Positions 19,872 to 27,505 of a stretch of DNA of 64,000 nt are shown one piece after another. Origin of the DNA: Patescibacteria group bacterium (lineage in GTDB: Bacteria > Patescibacteriota > Patescibacteriia > CAIXNZ01). The stretch covers positions 19,789 through 83,788 of the forward strand of contig JBAZJU010000003.1 in the NCBI GenBank assembly GCA_041651155.1, read 5' to 3'. The notes beneath the pieces were generated by a model. The model saw nothing but the letters and a program-made list of their open reading frames with translations, did no database searches and was not told the origin of the DNA. The position numbers and the translations under genes were made by a program. Positions within the stretch are counted from its first letter, which is position 1; every line of letters begins with the position of its first letter.

Positions 19872-20120
19872 TCATTCACTGTAAACCTCCTCCAAATGCC
19901 AGGTTAAATTATTAGTATCAAAAACCAGCTTGAAAAAGTTGTTTTGGCTAGTGACTGAAAAATAAACCAGTTTGCCATCCCCTGTCCTTTTTTCATAAAC
20001 CAGATTAATTTTCTCAATAATATATTTCTTTTTGGTCCACTTTAAAGCATAGGGTTTAGGACCCCTTTTAGTAAAGATAACTATAACCTCAATCGGGTCG
20101 TTTAACTTAAGTAAGGGCAT
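19872..20120 (-). CDS. Small conserved-looking protein upstream of dinB
   Basis: P..LKW..KKY.I...YFSV...FKLVFD...W pattern; start at ATG 20120. Confidence 0.65.
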   Translation of the reverse strand: MPLLKLNDPIEVIVIFTKRGPKPYALKWTKKKYIIEKINLVYEKRTGDGKLVYFSVTSQNNFFKLVFDTNNLTWHLEEVYSE

Positions 20121-20263
20121 AAGGATTGAATAACAAATGACAAATACCAAATATCAAAAAAATAACAAAATACTAAATTTAAATGATAAAACGTTTTAAA
20201 ATTAATTATTTGAGTTTTGAATTTATTTTGTTATTATTTATTGGGTATTTGTCATTTTAAGTT

Positions 20264-20292
20264 ATTATACCCCGAACAGAAACCGAAGGCAA
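20264..20292 (-). promoter_or_regulatory. Promoter of dinB unit with possible operator in spacer
   Basis: TTGCCT-17-TATAAT; CTTC-N7-GTTC overlaps the -35 box and spacer. Confidence 0.5.
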
Positions 20293-20354
20293 TAAAAAAT
20301 CAAGGTTATTGGCCTTGATAGTATTATCAATACAAATAGAATTTTATTTATCGG

Positions 20355-21992
20355 CTAATTTTTTTGTCTAAATATGGCTGCACAGAGCATTAAATAGCCT
20401 ATTCCCAAGGGATGGTTTAAATACGGGCTGAACATGTTTACAGTCATCAAGACAATTAAGCCAATCAGGAAGCCAATTCGTATAAGGCTCGGCCTTGAAT
20501 TAATTTCATTTATATTTGAATTTATGACAGTTTGTTTAAGGCCGAGCCTTGAATGAATGCCCAAATAAAGTATTTGTCCTATTAAAAACAAATAAACAAA
20601 CAAACCAATAAACCCAATTTCCGTTACCGTATCCAAATACCCCCATTCAAAAGTGTAAGTTGTGTACCAGCCCTCGGGATTTGAATCATTTTTAATGCGC
20701 GGATCATCTGATTTGTATGTTAAACTAGTGCCAAAGCCAGTGCCTAAAAGAGGCGCTTTTTTAATTTGTTCAATTAAAACCGGCAATTGGTTCCAACGGC
20801 TAGATACTCCTGCTTCACCAAAAAAGGCAGTAAAGCGTGTTTTAAGTAAAGAAAATGCTAATTCTGAGGAAGGTTTGGGGATTGGGAAATTGGCGATAGA
20901 GAAAAACAACAAGATGTTGATAATCAGGGAAGAAAGAATAATTCCCATAATTTGTGCCAATTTTTTGAGCCGTAATTTTTCTTTAAAAATCAAATAAGCA
21001 AAGAGAGCAATAAATCCGACAATGGCACTGAGCCAAAAGGTGCGGGAAAAAGAGATTAAGATTGAGGTTTCAAGTATGATTATCATAATAATGGACCAGA
21101 CAAATTGTTTTCTCGGAACCGAAGAAGCGATTGGCCCCGAAGGGGTAAACGAATCGCTTCTTCGGTGGAGGAGTAATAAAATTAGGGAAAAAATAATAAA
21201 AATTCCAATCAAGCTCCATATCTGCGACTGGAAAAATATTCTAAAAAAATTAGCCCCGGCATAAGTAATCTCCCCTACCCTGGTATCGCGAATCCAGTGG
21301 TAAAGCAGATCCGATGTATTTAGAAATCCATGAGAAAAGAAGTATAAGGTTACAAATACTTTTAAGGAGACATAAGTTATTGAGGCGATTAAAATTTTTA
21401 GAAAATTAATAACTTGCTTTTCATTTTTAAAAACTTCCAGGAAAACAAAAAAGAGACCGAAATACAGATAACCGTTAAAATCAAAAAAAGTGTTTGCCAG
21501 ACCATTATGGTGTAATAGTCCATTGATAAACCCAATCCCGAGGAAGGCAATTAATAAAATAAAGTTTTGGATTAGGCGATCCTTTTTTATCTTATTTATA
21601 CCCCACTTTCTTGTCCGCCATAGCGTAAGCGACGGCGGAAGTGGGCAAGTTTTAGGCCTGCTAAAGCAGGGTATAAAACAATATTTTAATAACCAGACCA
21701 AAAAGACAATTAAGAATATTGCTAGACGAATCGGCGCTTTAAAGCCAGGTAATTGCAAGTAGAACAAATACCCATAAGAACCTATCATTAGTTCAATTAA
21801 AGCAATATAAAGACCATATTCTAGCTTATACAAGGTAAATAAAAGAACTGCGATTGAGATAAGAATTAAGAATATAGAAGATAGAAATGCTGATTTAAAG
21901 CTGATTAAGGAAAGTAATTCAATGAAAAAAATGGCTAAAATTAGCTTTATAATATTTATATTTAAGATTTTTTCAGGTGTATCTATTGACAT
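20355..21992 (-). CDS. O-antigen ligase/Wzy-like membrane protein with in-frame palindromic insertions
   Basis: Many TM helices, SFSR, SSRW, PLLGTGFG, EIGFIG. Confidence 0.75.
   Translation of the reverse strand: MSIDTPEKILNINIIKLILAIFFIELLSLISFKSAFLSSIFLILISIAVLLFTLYKLEYGLYIALIELMIGSYGYLFYLQLPGFKAPIRLAIFLIVFLVWLLKYCFIPCFSRPKTCPLPPSLTLWRTRKWGINKIKKDRLIQNFILLIAFLGIGFINGLLHHNGLANTFFDFNGYLYFGLFFVFLEVFKNEKQVINFLKILIASITYVSLKVFVTLYFFSHGFLNTSDLLYHWIRDTRVGEITYAGANFFRIFFQSQIWSLIGIFIIFSLILLLLHRRSDSFTPSGPIASSVPRKQFVWSIIMIIILETSILISFSRTFWLSAIVGFIALFAYLIFKEKLRLKKLAQIMGIILSSLIINILLFFSIANFPIPKPSSELAFSLLKTRFTAFFGEAGVSSRWNQLPVLIEQIKKAPLLGTGFGTSLTYKSDDPRIKNDSNPEGWYTTYTFEWGYLDTVTEIGFIGLFVYLFLIGQILYLGIHSRLGLKQTVINSNINEINSRPSLIRIGFLIGLIVLMTVNMFSPYLNHPLGIGYLMLCAAIFRQKN
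21595..21677. mobile_element. ~83-bp MITE/REP-like element, intragenic copy
   Basis: TTTATACCC...GGGTATAAA termini; near-identical inverted copy at 52908-52987. Confidence 0.75.
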
Positions 21993-22075
21993 TTTTATTG
22001 AAATGTGTTATTATAACTGCATTAGTCTAGGTTCATTTCGGAACCTGGCAGATATAATCTTTGAAAGGAAAGAAA

Positions 22076-22489
22076 ATGAAAAAGTTAATTTGTTTGGTAT
22101 TGGGCATGATCGTCCTTTTGCTAACCACCACCGCTTGCGCAAGCATGAACAAAAGCGTTTTCGAACCTGGCATCAGCATTGCTGCAACACCTGCTTTTCC
22201 TCAAGACGTTTCTTCTCCGACCTGGGCAGAACAAGCCGGCAAGGTAGTGACCACAAATCACTCCCCCAAAATAGTAGAAGTGGAAATTCGCTTCTATCCA
22301 TTTGGCCTTTCACAAAGAGGTCTTGTAATTGATAGATACTTTCTGCATTCTAACTGTTTCGGTGCTTATTTTGGTACAGATGGCGATTATTCCGCCACAA
22401 TCATCGAAGTGAATGGGTCTGTGACTCCGTTCGTCAAGAATTTTCGCCTCATAAAAGGTGAAAAGATTGAAATAACTTATGGTCAATAA
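22076..22489 (+). CDS. Putative lipoprotein, cargo of array unit 1
   Basis: MKK + hydrophobic stretch + TTAC; promoter TTGACA-17-TATTAT 21986-22014; AAAGGA SD. Confidence 0.65.
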   Translation: MKKLICLVLGMIVLLLTTTACASMNKSVFEPGISIAATPAFPQDVSSPTWAEQAGKVVTTNHSPKIVEVEIRFYPFGLSQRGLVIDRYFLHSNCFGAYFGTDGDYSATIIEVNGSVTPFVKNFRLIKGEKIEITYGQ

Positions 22490-22516
22490 GACCAACTTGT
22501 ACACAAAAATTGTGTT

Positions 22517-22548
22517 ACACCCTGTCAATTCTGGCGGGGTGTTTTTTT
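22517..22548 (+). terminator. Array terminator 1
   Basis: ACACCCTGTCA-ATTC-TGGCGGGGTGT + T run. Confidence 0.8.
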
Positions 22549-22557
22549 GTGTATGTA

Positions 22558-22872
22558 TTGACATTTTTTTAAATATATGATAGTGTAATAATGCGGTTGG
22601 GAGGGCTGTATATACAGTTCGTTGAAGCGCATAACGCTAATATCCTACTCCAATCCATTTCAAATTGGTTTGGAAAAGTCTGCAATCACGCAGTCTTAAG
22701 ATATAAGCGTGCATCACCTGGCTGCATTAAAATTTTTTTCCCAGAAACTCGAAGGTTTGCGGCTTTTCCTGAGAGTACTTATTGGGGAAAAGGCATCAAT
22801 TCTGTAAAGAAAGAAGATGTCAAAGAGCCGATTTATTTATCATTTAACCTTGCTATTCTGGCAGGGTTTTTT
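22558..22872 (+). ncRNA. Array unit 2: promoter, structured RNA (~280 nt), terminator
   Basis: TTGACA-17-TAGTGT; stems GGTTGGGAG/CTCCAATCC, GCAGTC/GGCTGC, GCTTTTCC/GGAAAAGGC; terminator AACCTTGCTA-TTC-TGGCAGGGTT. Confidence 0.55.
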
Positions 22873-22927
22873 ATTTTTAAATTTTTGACTGGGGTTTGGG
22901 TTTGATTTTGAAAATTTAATTAAACTA

Positions 22928-23185
22928 TTGACAAATTAATTATATTTTGTTAAGATATTTTTATGAGATTAAGGTAGAGCAACGAAAGAATTCCTAAATA
23001 AGGATCCAGTTTAGGAATTGTTTCAAATAATGGTGCCTTAACTATGGGCTCAGCTCTTTGCTGAGTGCAAACTGGTTAGCACACTCGATGTTCCTTGACC
23101 TTATCAAGTTCTGCATTGCATTATTATGCCTTAATCTCTGGCGAATATTCCACCCTGTCAATTCTGGCAGGGTGTTTTCTTTTTT
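22928..23185 (+). ncRNA. Array unit 3: promoter, closed branched RNA (~175 nt core), terminator
   Basis: TTGACA-17-TAAGAT; closing stem GAGATTAAGG 22965-22974 / CCTTAATCTC 23129-23138; terminator CACCCTGTCA-ATTC-TGGCAGGGTG. Confidence 0.65.
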
Positions 23186-23204
23186 AAATTTTTAGGTACG
23201 ATAC

Positions 23205-23582
23205 TTGACATTTTTATAATTTTTGTTAAGCTATATTTGTGTTAGGGAAGAGAGTCCTAAGTAAAAGGAAAACAGTATCGCCGAAAGTATGCTGCTGAAT
23301 GGATTTTTGGGGGTGATGGCAAAAGTCCCTCACAATTCAGGTAGGAAAGAACACGAAATCTTACAACTAGAAAGTAATGTTATTCTCGGCAAAGGGTACC
23401 CTTTGTTATCCTACCTTCCCTAACCGCTAATAGTCAGTTGAGGTGGAGAATGCCTTTGACACGGAGTGTGGAGGCGAGGGACGCCCATTCCTCAAGTAAG
23501 GGCTCAATCTCGGCTGGAAGTCCAGTTGCCTTACTCATCTCAACTGATTTGCTAATTACCCAGTCAACTGACCGGGTTTTTT
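23205..23582 (+). ncRNA. Array unit 4: promoter, two-domain branched RNA (~310 nt), terminator
   Basis: TTGACA-16-TAAGCT; stems 23241-23250/23415-23424 and 23432-23445/23536-23549; terminator 23558-23582. Confidence 0.65.
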
Positions 23583-23667
23583 ATTTAAAGTAATTCATAA
23601 CTGCTTTTTATAATAGCAATATTTTAGGTAATTTAAAAGGGTATTCTGAAGCGAATACCCTTATTTA

Positions 23668-24651
23668 TTAAATAGCCATTTGGAATAATTCCTGATATTT
23701 TTTCAGGAATTCCTTGGCATGATTGCTGGCTCTGGCTGAACTTTCTCTGAGCATTTGGCGCAGGTCTTTTTCAGTCAGCTTGAATTCCCTTTCCTTTTCT
23801 CGGTATGGAGTGAAATATTGCCAAAGTGAAGTAGTCAGGATTTCTTTGCATTGTGTGCAGCTTAATGTTCCGGCCTGGCACTGCTGGTGGATTTTTTCCT
23901 GGCTGGCCATGTCCTTAATTTTGGGCAAAACATAATAAGCGTAAACGCAGCACTTTTTTGGATTGCCAGGATAATTAAGGCCCAATCGCGTGTCATCTGT
24001 CGGCATTTTGAAAACTTTTTTTCTGATCAATTCAAGACCATCAGTTGGACAGATAAAATTTTGGCGCTGACTGCTGGTTCTTTTCCCATCAAAGCCAGGT
24101 ATGGGCGGGACTGGCGGAATGATCACCTGAGGAAAAATAAACTCGCTCACATCCAGCTTTAAATTATGGCACAGATTACGGATAATCTTGTGCGTTAATT
24201 CCACATTGCCAGGAATACTTGAGGTTACAAATGGCGCCTCAAAAATGAGTACGTCTGCAAGTTCCTGGAGCGGATAGCTTAGAATTCCGGCATTGATTAT
24301 TTCTTTGTCCTGCTTTTTCCTTTTGGATACAATGGCTTTTTGCAAAATGTGAACAGGTGTTGCCTGTAAAAGCATTTGAAACATTTGGGCATGCTCAGGC
24401 ACCATGGATTGGGCAAAGATTGTGCTTTGCTCATAGTTTAAACCAGCGCACAGCCAGGATTTGAATATTGTTAATGTATCCTGGATTAAATTATCTGCTT
24501 TGGCAGTCGTCAGGGCTAAACTATTGTAGATGCCGAAAAAACAATCGTATCTTTTTTCCAGCCCAAGCCATTGGTCTATGACCATTAAATGTTTCAAATG
24601 GATAAAGCCAGTTGGCCTCATGCCAGAGAGAAATCTGAATTTTTCGCTCAT
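23668..24651 (-). CDS. Tryptophanyl-tRNA synthetase-like protein with degenerate active-site motifs
   Basis: SGMRPTG, QSMVPEH, LSYP, TDDTR..PGNP, CTQCK; HIGH reads HLKH and KMSKS reads RTSSQ; AAGGAGG SD; own promoter and terminator. Confidence 0.75.
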   Translation of the reverse strand: MSEKFRFLSGMRPTGFIHLKHLMVIDQWLGLEKRYDCFFGIYNSLALTTAKADNLIQDTLTIFKSWLCAGLNYEQSTIFAQSMVPEHAQMFQMLLQATPVHILQKAIVSKRKKQDKEIINAGILSYPLQELADVLIFEAPFVTSSIPGNVELTHKIIRNLCHNLKLDVSEFIFPQVIIPPVPPIPGFDGKRTSSQRQNFICPTDGLELIRKKVFKMPTDDTRLGLNYPGNPKKCCVYAYYVLPKIKDMASQEKIHQQCQAGTLSCTQCKEILTTSLWQYFTPYREKEREFKLTEKDLRQMLRESSARASNHAKEFLKKYQELFQMAI

Positions 24652-24818
24652 GATTGCCTCCTTGTCAAATAACCAATTTAATATCTAAATTTAGCGCATA
24701 ATATTGATTTTGTCAAGCTAAACCAATTTGTCGCATCAGGTAAATAACCACTTGACTTTTTACTAAACTATGCTATAGTTTAGTATTCGCTCATTGAAAA
24801 TTTGAAAGGAGAAAAATA

Positions 24819-25817
24819 ATGGAAAGAAAAGTCATTAAACTTGATTTTAATGTTACTAATAGGTGCAATTTTCGTTGCAAACACTGCTGTTTTCGTTCTG
24901 GCGAAGTTAATTTGACAGAACTGCCTTTTGCCATGATTCAATCTGTTTTGACTGAATTCAAGGAATTGGGCGGTCGCAGAATTGACATCACTGGCGGTGA
25001 AGCCACAATGCGCCAAGATTGTTTTCAGATCGTTGAGCTCTGCAAATATCTGGGGTTTAAAACTGAATTAGTGACAAATGGCTCTCTGCTTGATGAAGAA
25101 AAATTGAAGCGCTACAAAGACCTCGGTCTTGATGGCATAGCGATCAGCTTGGATGGATCCAAGTACAAATTCTACAGCCAAATCCGGCCTGTGGCAGAAA
25201 AGATTTACAAAAAAATCCTTAAAAACATTGAACTGGCCGCGAGGTCTGGCTTTTACACCAAAGTCAATACGGTTGTCTTTGATTCCAATCTGCATGATCT
25301 GACGGCAATCACCCGTTTGGCCGTTGTCTTGGGCGCGCGCGAACAGGGCTTCTATTATTTCAGTCCCATTGGCCGAGGTGATTGTTTCACTGCCAATATC
25401 GCTGATCCGCTCAAATGGATGCAGGTGATCAGGCAACTACTGATTGAATTTTACAATAAGATCGAAATCTCCATGGAGACGCCGATCATTGAGTCAGAAT
25501 TCACCAGAAAAATCGATACTCATTGCTACATGGAAAGACCATGGCATTTGCAGATTTTGCCTGATGGCAATGTCTTCCCTTGCGCCATTATGTGCGCGCA
25601 TCAAAAACCATTGGCCAATCTCCATGAGCAAAGTTTGCGGCAAATCTGGGAAAACGAGACACAACTCCAGAAATATTTTGAGCAACAAACTCAGCCCTTA
25701 TTTAAGGACTGGGGTGGCTGCGTCAATTATCCGCAACTGCGAGGTAAAATTGCGAGCAACAAATATTCATTTGTCTGCTTGTGCAAAAAATTCAATCTCA
25801 AGGAATTAACCAGATGA
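24819..25817 (+). CDS. Radical SAM protein with Cys-containing SPASM/Twitch-like tail
   Basis: CNFRCKHC, TGGE, TNG, ISLDG, DGNVFPC. Confidence 0.85.
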   Translation: MERKVIKLDFNVTNRCNFRCKHCCFRSGEVNLTELPFAMIQSVLTEFKELGGRRIDITGGEATMRQDCFQIVELCKYLGFKTELVTNGSLLDEEKLKRYKDLGLDGIAISLDGSKYKFYSQIRPVAEKIYKKILKNIELAARSGFYTKVNTVVFDSNLHDLTAITRLAVVLGAREQGFYYFSPIGRGDCFTANIADPLKWMQVIRQLLIEFYNKIEISMETPIIESEFTRKIDTHCYMERPWHLQILPDGNVFPCAIMCAHQKPLANLHEQSLRQIWENETQLQKYFEQQTQPLFKDWGGCVNYPQLRGKIASNKYSFVCLCKKFNLKELTR

Positions 25818-26398
25818 AAAGAACAAGAGGAAAACTAATTATTTTTGAAGGCATAAATGCTGCCGGCAAGACGTCTCTGATTCGACTTATTTTAAAGTTA
25901 CAGCCCGATTGGCTTTATTGCAAAGGGCAAGGTGACAAAAATACTTCGTGGGGACGTTTTGCCCGGCGTCATCCTTCAAGCCCCCTGCTTTTAATGGAAT
26001 TGTTAATCACCAATCTGTTAATTGTCAGGCCAGCTTTGAAAACCGGCAAGATTGTCCTGCATGATCGTTATTTTTTTTCAATCATGGCTTTTTATACCGC
26101 GCAAAAATGGTATAACCGGCTATTGGGAAAAATATTCCTGAAATTACTGGTTTTTCCTGACCAGATTTTCCTCGTGGACGTAAACACTGAGGAAGCGCTC
26201 AGGCGCTTAAGAAATGAAGAGCCGAATCAATTCCATCAGCTCTATCTGGCCAATCCCCAAATGATTAATCAGGAAAGAGGTTATTTGTATCAATCCCTGG
26301 AAAATTATCAAAACGTAATTAACATCTCTGGGAAAGATTCAAATAATTTGGCCTTAACAATTTCCGAGAAGATTGGAGGACCAATCAATGACAGCTGA
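25814..26398 (+). CDS. Thymidylate kinase-like P-loop nucleotide kinase
   Basis: FEGINAAGKTS, HDRY, PD; ATGA overlap with upstream stop. Confidence 0.75.
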   Translation: MKRTRGKLIIFEGINAAGKTSLIRLILKLQPDWLYCKGQGDKNTSWGRFARRHPSSPLLLMELLITNLLIVRPALKTGKIVLHDRYFFSIMAFYTAQKWYNRLLGKIFLKLLVFPDQIFLVDVNTEEALRRLRNEEPNQFHQLYLANPQMINQERGYLYQSLENYQNVINISGKDSNNLALTISEKIGGPINDS

Positions 26399-27461
26399 AA
26401 ATCAAGAAATTAAGCTTAAAAATATCGGCTGGGGTTTTGGCATCTGCAATATGAAATGTCGCACCTGTTATTCCGCGGCTTGTAAAAAAGCCAGAGAATA
26501 CAGTTTTCTTGAATTAAAGATCGCCGCTGACAAACTTTGTCATGTGATACGATCTATTAATTACGGCACTGGCGAATTCATATTTAATCCTCATGTCACA
26601 AATCTCGCCGAGTATATTGCCTCATGCTATCCCCGCATTGAACAGGCCGTGACCAGCAATGGCACAACCATTATTCTGCTGGGACATGAGCGGCTCAAGC
26701 GCTTGTTTCATGACATAGACATTTCCATTGATTTTCCCAATCCGGAAAAACACAATGAAATGAGGCGCCATCCCAAGGCCTGGCAATGGTCCATGCAGTC
26801 CCTGCAAATTTGCCGGGAGGCCCGCATTGAGACCTCAATCGTCACCTGCATTACCAGCAAAACAAGAGACGAAGATATTATGGATTTTCTGGAGCTGGCC
26901 AGTAAATATGGCACTTCTTGGCGCTGTAGCTGGTTTAGGCAAAAAGGTCGTGGCAAATCCGATCTGCGCATTTTGGCGCCAAGATTCTGGCAGATTATAA
27001 AACTGCTGAGTAAGCATGCGATCTTTGAAGATTTGTCTGAACCAATACTGCAAGGTATGTTTGGCCAAGAAATTGAACGCCCGGGCTGTAATTGCGGTCG
27101 GGCTTCCTGCCGCATTCAGTCCAATGGTCTGGTCGCGCCTTGTACCTTTTTGGGCGGCCCTGAATGGTCAGCTGGTTCTTTGCTGGAACAATCAGTGGAA
27201 GAAATTTACCAGAGTCAGCCCTTTGCCAAGTTAAGAGCAAGGGATGTGCCCTTTTGCCATGATTGCCGCTACTATCCCAAATGCCAAGGCGGCTGTGCTT
27301 CCAGAGCTGTTTTACATTCTGGCGGACTAGATCTCCCTGATGATTTTTGCCCGATTTACAACAAGGTTGAAGTCGACATCAATCCAGGAGATATAAAAGT
27401 GATTAAGACAAATAAAGTTCACAGTGAATATTTGTGTACGACAATCGTACACCCTAAATAA
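26388..27461 (+). CDS. Radical SAM/SPASM protein
   Basis: CNMKCRTC; CNCG...PC...CHDC...CQGGC...C; GGAGG SD. Confidence 0.85.
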   Translation: MTAENQEIKLKNIGWGFGICNMKCRTCYSAACKKAREYSFLELKIAADKLCHVIRSINYGTGEFIFNPHVTNLAEYIASCYPRIEQAVTSNGTTIILLGHERLKRLFHDIDISIDFPNPEKHNEMRRHPKAWQWSMQSLQICREARIETSIVTCITSKTRDEDIMDFLELASKYGTSWRCSWFRQKGRGKSDLRILAPRFWQIIKLLSKHAIFEDLSEPILQGMFGQEIERPGCNCGRASCRIQSNGLVAPCTFLGGPEWSAGSLLEQSVEEIYQSQPFAKLRARDVPFCHDCRYYPKCQGGCASRAVLHSGGLDLPDDFCPIYNKVEVDINPGDIKVIKTNKVHSEYLCTTIVHPK

Positions 27462-27465
27462 AAGA

Positions 27466-27492
27466 AAAAAGAGTCCCTCGTGGGACTCTTTT
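27466..27492. terminator. Bidirectional intrinsic terminator
   Basis: AAAAGAGTCCC/GGGACTCTTTT between convergent genes. Confidence 0.75.
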
Positions 27493-27505
27493 ATAATTGT
27501 ATTAT

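Noticed and set aside
22591-22905. 104-aa ORF over array unit 2
   Set aside because: No SD, runs through the terminator and has no recognisable motif; a leaderless peptide cannot be fully excluded
22517-23582. CRISPR array
   Set aside because: Repeats are terminator hairpins 300-400 bp apart, intervening segments carry promoters, and no cas genes are present
22928-23582. T-box riboswitch for the trpS-like gene
   Set aside because: Lies downstream and on the opposite strand; no T-box consensus seen
24819-25817. Calling the radical SAM enzyme a viperin
   Set aside because: Resemblance is limited to generic motifs and the kinase neighbour; the SPASM/Twitch-like tail argues against it without a search
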